Positions 53,849-62,790 of a stretch of 64,000 nucleotides of DNA are shown piece by piece; position 1 is the stretch's first letter; every line of letters starts with the position of its first letter. Location of the stretch: assembly GCA_965656435.1 (NCBI GenBank), contig CBFHKQ010000004.1, positions 8,500 through 72,499 on the forward strand. The letters are read 5' to 3'. The DNA comes from an uncultured Pseudosulfitobacter sp. Lineage in GTDB: Bacteria; Pseudomonadota; Alphaproteobacteria; Rhodobacterales; Rhodobacteraceae. The notes beneath the pieces are model-generated. The model saw only the letters and a list, made by a program, of their open reading frames with translations. It did no database searches and had not been told where the DNA came from. Made by a program: the position numbers and the translations under genes.

Positions 53849-54865
53849 TTACTTCCAACCCACTTGATTAAAGATGCGCTGCGCTTGTGGCACGTTCTGC
53901 GCAACTGCGCTCAGATCCACCGCATCTGGCCGGAACAGGCCGAGCGCTGCGACAGAGGGGCTGAGACCGACGCCGGGCACTGCCGGATATTCGTCATTGC
54001 CGGCCGAGAAATAGGCCTGCGCCTGATCCGATGTCAGATATTCCAAGAAGGCCACCGCATTGTCACGGTTGGGCGCATGGGCCGCGATGCCGCCACCCGA
54101 CAGGTTCATATGCGCGCCTTCCGCGTTTTGCGATGGAAAGACCCAGCCAATGCCGGCCAGCGCCTCTGCATCAAGCCCCTTTACATCGCGGCGCAGCGCG
54201 CGGGCGAAATAATAGGTGTTGGAGACGGAGATATCACATTCCCCCGACACCAAGCCGCGCAGCTGGTCGGTATCGCCGCCCTGCGGAGCGCGGGCGAAAT
54301 TGTCCACAAAGCCTTGCGCCCACGCCGTTGCAGCCTCTGCGCCGTGGTTTTCAATCACCGCGGCGAGCAATGTCTGGCTGTAGACATTCGTTGACGAGCG
54401 GTGGCAGACCTGACCCTTATAAGCGGGATCAGCAAGGTCGAGATAGCGCATGGGGGGCGTGTCGACCCGCTCTTTGTCGTAAAAGATGATGCGCGCGCGC
54501 TGCGACAGGCCAAACCACTGGTTGTCGGCATCTTGCAGATAATCCGGGATCCGCTGTTCGATAACGGCGCTTTCGAGGGGCTGTAACACGCCGGCGGCTT
54601 TGGCACGCTCAAGACGCGAGGTGTCCACGGTCAGCAAAACATCAGCAGGAGAATTGGCGCCCTCGGCCATCATACGGGCGATCAACTCGTCCGCCTTGCC
54701 CTCAATCCGGTTAATCTGGATGCCCGTCGCTTCGGTGAAATCCGCGTAGAGGCGTTCGTCCGTGTCATAGTGGCGCGAAGAGTAGAGGTTGACGACACCC
54801 TGCGCAAAGCTGGGGGCAGCCATTGCGGTGAGGGCCATGAAAGAGAGGGTCGCTGAGAGACGCAT
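53849..54865 (-). CDS. Fe(III) ABC transporter substrate-binding protein (FutA/FbpA)
   Basis: NLYSSRHYDTD, SPADV, GGDTDQ, NTYYF (Tyr-Tyr iron ligands), N-EYP. Confidence 0.93.
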   Translation of the reverse strand: MRLSATLSFMALTAMAAPSFAQGVVNLYSSRHYDTDERLYADFTEATGIQINRIEGKADELIARMMAEGANSPADVLLTVDTSRLERAKAAGVLQPLESAVIEQRIPDYLQDADNQWFGLSQRARIIFYDKERVDTPPMRYLDLADPAYKGQVCHRSSTNVYSQTLLAAVIENHGAEAATAWAQGFVDNFARAPQGGDTDQLRGLVSGECDISVSNTYYFARALRRDVKGLDAEALAGIGWVFPSQNAEGAHMNLSGGGIAAHAPNRDNAVAFLEYLTSDQAQAYFSAGNDEYPAVPGVGLSPSVAALGLFRPDAVDLSAVAQNVPQAQRIFNQVGWK

Positions 54866-54891
54866 GTAGAAAGCTCCTTAGGCTTTGTATT

Positions 54892-54956
54892 CTTACTAAA
54901 ACACTCAGTTACTTATTTTAAGGCGCACGTCAAGAGTTCCTGACAAAATTTATCGG
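54892..54956. promoter_or_regulatory. Two Iron-Rhodo-box-like sites upstream of the Fe3+-binding protein
   Basis: CTTACTAAAACACTCAG (54892-54908) and CTGACAAAATTTATCGG (54940-54956) resemble the CTGAC-N7-GTCAG iron-regulatory motif of Rhodobacteraceae. Confidence 0.65.
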
Positions 54957-55041
54957 AATTGGGGGCGCTCTGAAAAATACTTGCACTTGGCGCTGGGACG
55001 CGTAGCAAGGCATAGAACAGGCGCATCGGACGGAGAGTGAC

Positions 55042-55701
55042 ATGACCCCAGAGCAGAGCAGTGTTGAGGCGCTCAAAATCGCGGCGCTGGCGCCAATTAT
55101 TCCGGTCTTGGTAGTCGCGGATGCGGCAACAGCAGCCCCACTGGCCGAAGCGCTCGTGGCCGGCGGCCTGCCCGCGTTAGAGGTTACCCTGCGCACCCCA
55201 GCCGCCCTTGAGGTGATCGCGGAAATGGCGCGGGTACCCGGCGGGGTTGTCGGCGCAGGGACGTTGTTGACGCCCGCAGATGTGCAGGCGGCCAAAGCGG
55301 CGGGCGCGACCTTCGGCGTAGCCCCGGGGGCGACGGACCGCTTGCTCGACGCTTGTTTGGAGGCCGATCTGCCGCTCTTGCCGGGTGCGGCGACCGCCAG
55401 CGAGGCGATGCGCCTGCTGGAGCGTGGATACAAGATGTTGAAATTCTTTCCCGCTGAGGCTTCGGGGGGCGTGGCCGCCCTCAAGGCGATCAGCGCGCCC
55501 TTGCCGCAGATTACCTTTTGCCCCACAGGCGGGATCAGCCCGACCAATGCGTCGGACTATCTGGCTCTGCCCAATGTGGCTTGCGCGGGCGGGTCTTGGG
55601 TCGCGCCGTCGGATAAGGTTGCAGCCGGCGACTGGGCGGGCATCACAGCATTGGCGCGCGACGCGGCCGTTTTACCAAGGGCCTATCATCCTGCATCCTA
55701 A
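55042..55701 (+). CDS. eda: KDPG/KHG aldolase
   Basis: LEVTLRT, VGAGT, KFFPAE (Schiff-base Lys), CPTGGI, GGSW. Confidence 0.93.
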   Translation: MTPEQSSVEALKIAALAPIIPVLVVADAATAAPLAEALVAGGLPALEVTLRTPAALEVIAEMARVPGGVVGAGTLLTPADVQAAKAAGATFGVAPGATDRLLDACLEADLPLLPGAATASEAMRLLERGYKMLKFFPAEASGGVAALKAISAPLPQITFCPTGGISPTNASDYLALPNVACAGGSWVAPSDKVAAGDWAGITALARDAAVLPRAYHPAS

Positions 55702-55731
55702 TGCGTTCTCACGGGGTACAGAGTTGCGGGG

Positions 55732-58700
55732 CTAGTCTTTCGCCTCACCGGCAACTGCCTCTGCGCTGTCCTCGGTGGTTATTGACGCGATCTTAGGGGC
55801 CTCGCCCAAACGCACCGCCTGACCGTTCAGCAACTCCATATCCAATTCCGCCTCCGCCTCATGATAGGATTTACCTGTAAGTTCGCGGAAAAACCCTGAG
55901 ATGCGGACGACTTTACCTGTGTCATCGGTATTAGCCAGACCGTGCGCCTCCACTGGGACAATCGCGCCATCGGCACCGACCAAGCGCTTGATAAAGTGGA
56001 ACTCGCCCCCCTTTTCCGACACCGAACTGACATGAGACGTAACGGCGGCCACGTCTTCGGGGTGGTAATGCGCCAAGGCACTGCGCAAGTCCGGGGAATA
56101 TGTTTTGGGGTCGATCCGGTGGATGCGGTACACTTCTGCGGTCCAAAAGACCTTTTGCGCAGCAACATCCACCTCCCAATAACCAACACCTGCAAAATCC
56201 TGAAGGCGCTGCATCTGAAGGATCGTATCGCGTGCGGCATCTCGCGCTTGGACCGTTTCGGTAATGTCGAGGCCCACAGAAATGATGCTGGCGTCATCAT
56301 TTGAGGTTCTGGAAAATGCGTGGCGATCCACCCTGATCCAACTGGGGGCGGCGCCTGGACCATGCTCGATACGCACCACCTCAAAGGCGTGGCTTTGATT
56401 ATTGGCCAAAAAGGCCGCGTCTGCATCCAAAATGTTTTGCGCATCCTGATGCTTCATCAATGTACTAAGCTTTTTGCCAAGCGCCTTTTTGCGGGTGGTC
56501 CCAAGGGTCCGCGCAGAGCCTTCCGAGATTTGTAAAATACGCCCCTTCACGTCACGCTCCATGAGGTGAATGTGGTTGGTGTTCAGGATCAATTCCATCT
56601 CGCGCGCGAGGCCCGGCAGTTCATCAACCACCATCGTCACACCCTGAACCTGACCGTTTGTGTCAAAATAGGGCGCGCAACTGAGGCGGATCAAGTTGGC
56701 CCCTGAGGTGAATTCGGAATTGACCGTTTCGCCCAGATGCAAGGCCTCGCTGCAAGGGGGTGCGAGTTTGGGAAAGCCTTCTGGCAAAACGCATTGACTG
56801 ATGTGCTGCCCCACCACCGGGCGTCCGATCTGGAACAGGCTTACGGCCGGTTCCGTCACTTGGATGATTTGCAGCGCTGTATCCATCACAATAATTGCCA
56901 GCGGCGTGCTTTTGAGAACTGACATCAACTCGCCTGTGCGGCCGCTCAATTCTGCGGCCGTGACTTGCAGCTCTTCGTTGACCGTAATCAACTCTTCATT
57001 CGTTGATTGCAGCTCCTCATTCGACGTCTCAAGCTCTTCGTTGGTGGCTTGTAACTCCTCATTGGTGGACTGCATCTCTTCATTCAAAGACTGCATTTTC
57101 TCGTTGGAGGTTTCCAACTCTTCAATGGTTTGTTGAAAGGCTTCGCGCGTGGTCTCGACCTCGCTTTCAAGGAATTGGATGCGTTGATGCTGCGCCTCAT
57201 TCCCGTCTTGAGGGTCAATGGTTGCGGGTGGGCGGGCCGGTTCGACTTTGATCGGGGTGAACACCACGAGCGCGGCGCGTTCGTTAATGTCGTCGGCAAT
57301 GATGGGGTAGACATCAAGGCGCACTTCGTTTTCGGCATCTTGATTTAACAAATGGCGCACGCCTGATCGGTTCATGCGGCTTTTCAAGGCTATAGTCACG
57401 AGACTGCGCGCCTCTTCCCGCAGCGGGCTGCGCAAAAGGCTTAGGTGCATTTTCAACTTTGAGATCTCATTGACCTCAATATATTCAGACACATCCCCGA
57501 AAACGCGCCCGATGGTGAAATCATCAGTGACGAGGATCGAGTTCTGCCCCAGCGACAGCGCCAGTGCCTCAAAAAGACGCCGGTCAGTTGAGGGCGCAGG
57601 CGCCTCTGTGCGAATGCGCGGCTGTACCATCCGCTTGGTTTCGTGTCCGGCGTAGATGACGGGCGTATCCGCACGCAACAACCGCTTGCGGTAAATATGG
57701 GCCGCTGTTGCGCGGGTCGCGAAAAGGTCCTCTGCCCCGCTCAGTGCCTCTGCCGTGCCAAGGAAAAGATAGCCTCGCGGTTTCAACGCATAGTGAAAGC
57801 GCGACACGACCTTTTGCTGAAGCGATGTTTCGAAATAAATCATCAAATTGCGGCAACACACCAGATCAACCCGCTGAAAAGGCGGCTCTTGGCAGACATT
57901 GTGATCCGAAAAGAGGATGGACTTGCGAAGGCTGTCGACGATGCGAATATCCTCGCCTTGGCGGATCACATATTGCTCCGCGAGGTGCGGTGGGATGTTT
58001 TTAAGCGCATCGACAGGATAAACGCCGCGCCGGGCCACTTGCAGCGCGTTCCTATCAATATCGGTGGCGAAAATCTGCACTCGGTTGCTGAAATTCCCGA
58101 GCGCGGCTCCCCCCTTCGTATCGCCGTTGTCCATCGCATCTGCGAACATCATCGCAATGGAATAGGCCTCTTCGCCGGTGGCGCAGCCCGCGATCCAAAC
58201 GCGCAATTGATCGCCATCGCTGTCTCTGATCATCTGCGGCAACATTTTGCCCAGCTGCTCAAATTCTTCGGCATCTCGGAAAAAACGGGTGACGGAGATC
58301 AAGAGATCTTTGAACAGGGCATCGATCGCTTCCGGATGGGCGCGGCAATGCTGCGTATAGGCCTCAATGTCGGAAATGCCCAAGGCGAGCATCCGCCGTT
58401 CGATCCGACGACTGACCGTGGTTTGTTTGTATTCCCGAAAATCGACGCGTGTTCGCGCCAACAGAATTTGCAACAGATCCGAATGCGGCGTTGCTTGAAA
58501 AGCATCCGTGCGAAAGAACGGAAGATCCTTGGGCGAGGTCAAGATACGGCCCAAACTCTCTCCTATTTGAGAGGGCGTAAGTATCAAATCCACACAGCCT
58601 GTTTGGATCGCGGCATTGGGCATCGCGTCATATTTTGCGCTTTCAGATTCCTGCGCAATTGTAATCCCGCCCGCCTCTCGAATGGCCTGCACCCCATAGG

Positions 58701-59112
58701 CTCCATCAGATCCCGTGCCCGATAGGATGATCCCCATCGACGGCGCCCCGTGGTTTTCGGCAAGGCTCAGCAAAAAGCGGTTGATCGACGGTTTCGGGTG
58801 GCCGGGATCCGTGCTCGGCGGACGCAAGCACAGCACGCCATCCGCGAATTCCACATCCGTATTGGGCGGTGTGATATACATCACATTGGCCTGTGGTGTG
58901 ATGCCGTCTTCAACATTCACAACCTTCATTTGGGTGCTTCGCGACACCAATTCCGTCATCAGGCTTTTGTGGTGGGGGGCCATGTGCTGCACCACGACAT
59001 AGCTGACCGGCAGGTCCGGCGGCAAAGAAGCGACCAGATCCCGAATTGCCTCCAATCCGCCGGCGGAAGAACCGATGCCAATGAGGGTAAGGGGCGTGTC
59101 GTCTTGGGACAT
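55732..59112 (-). CDS. CheB methylesterase-CheR methyltransferase fusion with PAS domains and a coiled coil; no kinase or output domain
   Basis: CheB triad GSSAGG/VQHM/GTGSDG; CheR motifs WIAGCATGEEAYS and CCRNLMIYF; NEEL heptads; C-terminal PAS domains (WEVD...W...YRIH...HPED). Confidence 0.92.
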   Translation of the reverse strand: MSQDDTPLTLIGIGSSAGGLEAIRDLVASLPPDLPVSYVVVQHMAPHHKSLMTELVSRSTQMKVVNVEDGITPQANVMYITPPNTDVEFADGVLCLRPPSTDPGHPKPSINRFLLSLAENHGAPSMGIILSGTGSDGAYGVQAIREAGGITIAQESESAKYDAMPNAAIQTGCVDLILTPSQIGESLGRILTSPKDLPFFRTDAFQATPHSDLLQILLARTRVDFREYKQTTVSRRIERRMLALGISDIEAYTQHCRAHPEAIDALFKDLLISVTRFFRDAEEFEQLGKMLPQMIRDSDGDQLRVWIAGCATGEEAYSIAMMFADAMDNGDTKGGAALGNFSNRVQIFATDIDRNALQVARRGVYPVDALKNIPPHLAEQYVIRQGEDIRIVDSLRKSILFSDHNVCQEPPFQRVDLVCCRNLMIYFETSLQQKVVSRFHYALKPRGYLFLGTAEALSGAEDLFATRATAAHIYRKRLLRADTPVIYAGHETKRMVQPRIRTEAPAPSTDRRLFEALALSLGQNSILVTDDFTIGRVFGDVSEYIEVNEISKLKMHLSLLRSPLREEARSLVTIALKSRMNRSGVRHLLNQDAENEVRLDVYPIIADDINERAALVVFTPIKVEPARPPATIDPQDGNEAQHQRIQFLESEVETTREAFQQTIEELETSNEKMQSLNEEMQSTNEELQATNEELETSNEELQSTNEELITVNEELQVTAAELSGRTGELMSVLKSTPLAIIVMDTALQIIQVTEPAVSLFQIGRPVVGQHISQCVLPEGFPKLAPPCSEALHLGETVNSEFTSGANLIRLSCAPYFDTNGQVQGVTMVVDELPGLAREMELILNTNHIHLMERDVKGRILQISEGSARTLGTTRKKALGKKLSTLMKHQDAQNILDADAAFLANNQSHAFEVVRIEHGPGAAPSWIRVDRHAFSRTSNDDASIISVGLDITETVQARDAARDTILQMQRLQDFAGVGYWEVDVAAQKVFWTAEVYRIHRIDPKTYSPDLRSALAHYHPEDVAAVTSHVSSVSEKGGEFHFIKRLVGADGAIVPVEAHGLANTDDTGKVVRISGFFRELTGKSYHEAEAELDMELLNGQAVRLGEAPKIASITTEDSAEAVAGEAKD
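56950..57130 (-). repeat. Heptad (21-nt) coiled-coil repeat within cheBR
   Basis: EELETSN-EKMQSLN-EEMQSTN-EELQATN-EELETSN-EELQSTN-EELITVN-EELQV. Confidence 0.85.
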
Positions 59113-59394
59113 GGGAGCGTGCTCCACGCTAAAAAATTTTCATATTCGAAAAACGTATAATAATTATGATTGAATTTAGCCATTCTGCGCCGCAACCGCA
59201 AGCATGATGATATTTCAAATGCGACAGACCGGCGATTGCCACCTTTTATCAAACAGTTCCAAGGCGGGTTTTCTGAGGTACGAGGCTAGTTTTTGGCTCT
59301 TGGCAAGTCGGAGGGAAAAATCTGTGTACACCAAATTAACCAAGCAACCGGTAAATCATCCCTATTGTGTAAAGAGTTTAGAAAGGATGTTGCG

Positions 59395-60174
59395 ATGCCT
59401 CAGGAAACAGGGCTGGTGCAATTAGACCAAAATACGACGCGTCGGCGTTTCATGATTACCCTGACAACGACCGGTGACCACGACACCGCAGTACGATCTT
59501 GCGAGGTTGTCGGTCCCACATTTCGAAACCGCACCTCATTTGGCACACATTCAAACATTAATGATGTGTTTGTCCCCCATCTGGCAAAAAGCCTTGATGA
59601 CTGTATGGCACGGTTAAACGGCGAGACCGAAGTGATCTCGCTATCAGATTATCACATTGAAATCAGGGGGCTTACCCTTGCCGGTGCAACCGTGATCGCC
59701 ACAAAAGTGGGCGAAGGCGCGTTGCATGTCATTATCCGGTTTCAGATGTTTATCGGCGGTGTCAATAATGCCTTCTTACAGGGTGTGGGTTTTAACGAGG
59801 ACCTGGACACCGAAGCCGACAGGCTGAGCACAATGGTTCTGTCAGAGTTGGCCATGCCCATCGTAAACCTCTGCGAGGCGATCCGCACCGGGGTGACCAA
59901 TGGCGAGGACAATTGGGCCAAGCTCGATAAATTGGGGCGCAAACTGTCAGAGACGTCGCATGAAATCTCTTTCCAAATTGAATTGCTGAAACGGTTTGTT
60001 CAGCGCCGCCACACCTCTAACCACGCGACAGCAACCACGCCAGGGGCAGTGCGCATAAGCGCTGACGAAATGGTTCCGCAGCACGCGCAGGCCGCTAACC
60101 TGCCGCCCACGCTGGCCCATTCGGCCAACGCGCATGCCTCTGGCCTGCGGCTGGTACAATCGCAAAAGGCCTAA
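59395..60174 (+). CDS. Hypothetical protein (possible PAS-like domain plus DHp-like helical hairpin)
   Basis: Open frame with AAGGA RBS before MPQETG, divergent from cheBR; beta-rich N-terminus, helical centre, low-complexity tail. Confidence 0.7.
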   Translation: MPQETGLVQLDQNTTRRRFMITLTTTGDHDTAVRSCEVVGPTFRNRTSFGTHSNINDVFVPHLAKSLDDCMARLNGETEVISLSDYHIEIRGLTLAGATVIATKVGEGALHVIIRFQMFIGGVNNAFLQGVGFNEDLDTEADRLSTMVLSELAMPIVNLCEAIRTGVTNGEDNWAKLDKLGRKLSETSHEISFQIELLKRFVQRRHTSNHATATTPGAVRISADEMVPQHAQAANLPPTLAHSANAHASGLRLVQSQKA

Positions 60175-61001
60175 GCGCGCAGACCCAAAATCGCACGCGC
60201 CTGCGCAGGCGTGGCTACGGGGCGCTCATATTGGGCGCAGACCTCTGCCGTGCGCGTCACGAGGGCAGCGTTTGACGGGGCAAGGTGGTCTCGGTCCAGG
60301 CGAATGTTATCCTCCAGCCCTGTGCGGGCATGGCCGCCAGCAGCAATTGCCCAGTCGTTCAACACGATCTGGTTGGCCCCGATGCCTGCCGCACACCAAG
60401 GCGTCTCGGCCCCGAAAAGCCGCGCATGGGTTTGCACATAAAAGTCAAAAACCGTACGGTCGACCGGCATGGCATTTTTGACACCCATCACGAATTGTAC
60501 GTAGGGCGTGCCTGCAAGCTGTCCCGCTTCGGACATTTGTTTGGCTTTGAAAATGTGGCTCAGATCAAAGGCTTCGATCTCTGGCTTCACATCATGTGCA
60601 ATCATCTGCGCTGCCAGCCAGTCCACCAATTCAGGCGGGTTTTCATATACACGCGTTGGAAAATTGTTTGACCCAACCGACAAAGACGCCATGTCCGGGC
60701 GCAGGCCCAACATGCCGCCCCGCGCACGCCCTGCGCCGGAACGCCCCCCGGTCGACAACTGCACAATCATGCCCGGGCAATGTGCCTCAATCCCCTCTTT
60801 AAGTTGTGCAAAAAGCGCAGGATCGCTGGTAGGCGTCTCATCAGGCTGGCGCACGTGACAATGCGCGATGCTGGCACCGGCTTCAAAGGCTGCGTGGGTG
60901 CTCTCAATCTGCTCGGACACGGAAATGGGCACGGCCGGATTGTCCGCCTTGCGCGGCACAGATCCCGTTATGGCGACGCAGATGATGCAGGGCGATGTCA
61001 T
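60171..61001 (-). CDS. Beta-keto acid cleavage enzyme (BKACE/DUF849, Kce family)
   Basis: ICVAITGS, AHCHVR (Zn HxH), STGGRSG, KPEIEAFD, RTGLEDN. Confidence 0.92.
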   Translation of the reverse strand: MTSPCIICVAITGSVPRKADNPAVPISVSEQIESTHAAFEAGASIAHCHVRQPDETPTSDPALFAQLKEGIEAHCPGMIVQLSTGGRSGAGRARGGMLGLRPDMASLSVGSNNFPTRVYENPPELVDWLAAQMIAHDVKPEIEAFDLSHIFKAKQMSEAGQLAGTPYVQFVMGVKNAMPVDRTVFDFYVQTHARLFGAETPWCAAGIGANQIVLNDWAIAAGGHARTGLEDNIRLDRDHLAPSNAALVTRTAEVCAQYERPVATPAQARAILGLRA

Positions 61002-61011
61002 AAAGAGGCTC

Positions 61012-61629
61012 CTAAATATCGAAAAAGACGGTTTCCTGCGCGCCTTGCAGGTGAATGTCGAACCGGTAGGTGTTTAATTCGGTCGGATGCGCCAACAATG
61101 TGTCCGCCCGGCCCGTGTCCCGCACAACGGCCAAGACTGGATCCTGTGCATTCTCTGGCGCATCTGCAAAATAAACCCGCGTTTGCAGCCCGATATTGAT
61201 ACCCCGCGCCACGATCCACATCGTGATGAATGGCGCACGCATCGCGCCATCTTCTGCCGCCAGCGCGCCCGGCATCACTGTTTCAAAGCGATACTCACCC
61301 TTGCCCTCAGTACAGTCAGACCGGCCCCAACAGGTGAAATTTGGGTCCGCGCCGGGCGATCCTGCGAAACGACCCGCCGCATCCGTCTGCCAAATCTCGA
61401 TCATCGCGTCGCGAACAACCTCGCCTGCCCCGTCGTAAATCATACCGCAGAGCGTAATCTGCCGACCTGCCACGGGGCCCACACACATCTGTCTGCCCAA
61501 GTCCGCTGGCGCAGGCTGAAGCCCCGCTTGGCGCGGCAAACATCCGATGTGCACATAGGGACCTGCCGTTTGGCTGGGTGTCTCCAAAAGCGGTGCGGCG
61601 GCGCTATTCGATGCAGATGGCATACTCAC
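61012..61629 (-). CDS. pcaG: Protocatechuate 3,4-dioxygenase alpha subunit
   Basis: ETPSQTAGPYVHIG, EIWQTDAAG, ARGINIGLQTRVYF, ETVFFDI. Confidence 0.95.
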   Translation of the reverse strand: MSMPSASNSAAAPLLETPSQTAGPYVHIGCLPRQAGLQPAPADLGRQMCVGPVAGRQITLCGMIYDGAGEVVRDAMIEIWQTDAAGRFAGSPGADPNFTCWGRSDCTEGKGEYRFETVMPGALAAEDGAMRAPFITMWIVARGINIGLQTRVYFADAPENAQDPVLAVVRDTGRADTLLAHPTELNTYRFDIHLQGAQETVFFDI

Positions 61630-62381
61630 ATCCCCTCAGGCCGGTTTTCAAAAACGCTCTGATGTCGCCCCCGCAGCACAATGTCAAAACGGTAGGCACG
61701 CATGTCCATCGGCACGGCCGCCGCCATGTCCAACCGCCCGGTGAGCGCGTCAACTGCCGCCTCTGAATTCAGCGCCCCAACAATCGGGCAGAGCGGGATC
61801 ATCGGGTCACCCTCAAAATACATTTGCGTAATCAACCGCTGCGCGAAGGCCGCCCCAAACACCGAAAAGTGGATGTGTGCCGGGCGCCAATCATTGGGGC
61901 CATTGGGCCACGGATATGGGCCCGGCAGGATCGTGCGAAACTGATAAGCGCCCGTTGCGTCCGTCATGGTGCGTCCGCAGCCGCCAAAATTGGGATCTAA
62001 GGCGGCCAAATACCGCTCGTTTTTGTGCCGGTAGCGCCCCCCTGCGTTGGCCTGCCAAACCTCAAGCAGCGCACTGGGCACCGGCCGCCCACCTTCGTCC
62101 AAGACCCGACCGTGAACCAAGATACGCGGGCCAAGGGCAGTTTGACCCTCAGCCGCGTAATTTACAATCAGATCATCGTCCAAGTGTCCAATGGCATCAT
62201 GACCGAACACCGGCCCCGCCTCTTCGGCTTGGGAGGTGGGCAGCATGACCAGCGGCGCTGTGGGGCTGCGCAGGTGCGTGCTTTTATAGGCGGGTGTCAG
62301 CGCGCGGGGCTGCCAGCTCCGGTTGCGCGGCAAGAAACGACCCTTTGTCCCGTCAGTGATTGGCCCGTCGCCGTCGCTCAT
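61626..62381 (-). CDS. pcaH: Protocatechuate 3,4-dioxygenase beta subunit
   Basis: WQANAGGRYRH, PGPYPW, WRPAHIHFS (Tyr/Tyr/His/His iron ligands). Confidence 0.96.
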   Translation of the reverse strand: MSDGDGPITDGTKGRFLPRNRSWQPRALTPAYKSTHLRSPTAPLVMLPTSQAEEAGPVFGHDAIGHLDDDLIVNYAAEGQTALGPRILVHGRVLDEGGRPVPSALLEVWQANAGGRYRHKNERYLAALDPNFGGCGRTMTDATGAYQFRTILPGPYPWPNGPNDWRPAHIHFSVFGAAFAQRLITQMYFEGDPMIPLCPIVGALNSEAAVDALTGRLDMAAAVPMDMRAYRFDIVLRGRHQSVFENRPEGM

Positions 62382-62779
62382 AGCGCCACACCCATCTCGC
62401 GGTAGGTCTCTTTGGCGCATTTGATCGCATGGTTGGCTTTGGGCACACCGGCATAGACGGCCACATGCAAAAAGGCCTGCATCACATCCTGCGGCGTGGC
62501 CCCGGTGCGCGCGCAGGCGCGAATGTGCATCGGAATTTCGTCAAAATTGCCGGTCGCTGCCAAAAGCGCCAGCGTCAGCATGGAACGCTCGCGCGGGCTG
62601 ATCGCGTCATCGGCCCACACCGCGCCCCAAGCTCCTTCGGTGATAAGCGCCTGAAAAGGTGCGTCAAAATCCGTCATTTGCGCCGCAGCGCGGTCAACAT
62701 GAGCGTCGCCCAAAACGCGGCGACGCACGTCATCACCAGCTTCGGCGCGGGGATTGGGCGGGTTTTCAGGCTCAGTCAT
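62378..62779 (-). CDS. pcaC: 4-carboxymuconolactone decarboxylase
   Basis: VRRRVLGDAHVDR, AWGAVW, RSMLTLA, HVAVYAGVPKAN. Confidence 0.95.
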   Translation of the reverse strand: MTEPENPPNPRAEAGDDVRRRVLGDAHVDRAAAQMTDFDAPFQALITEGAWGAVWADDAISPRERSMLTLALLAATGNFDEIPMHIRACARTGATPQDVMQAFLHVAVYAGVPKANHAIKCAKETYREMGVAL

Positions 62780-62790
62780 TGCACATCCTT

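Noticed and set aside
56950-57130. 21-nt periodic sequence as a CRISPR array or VNTR
   Set aside because: The units are degenerate, in-frame coiled-coil heptads with no unique spacers, and no cas genes are present.
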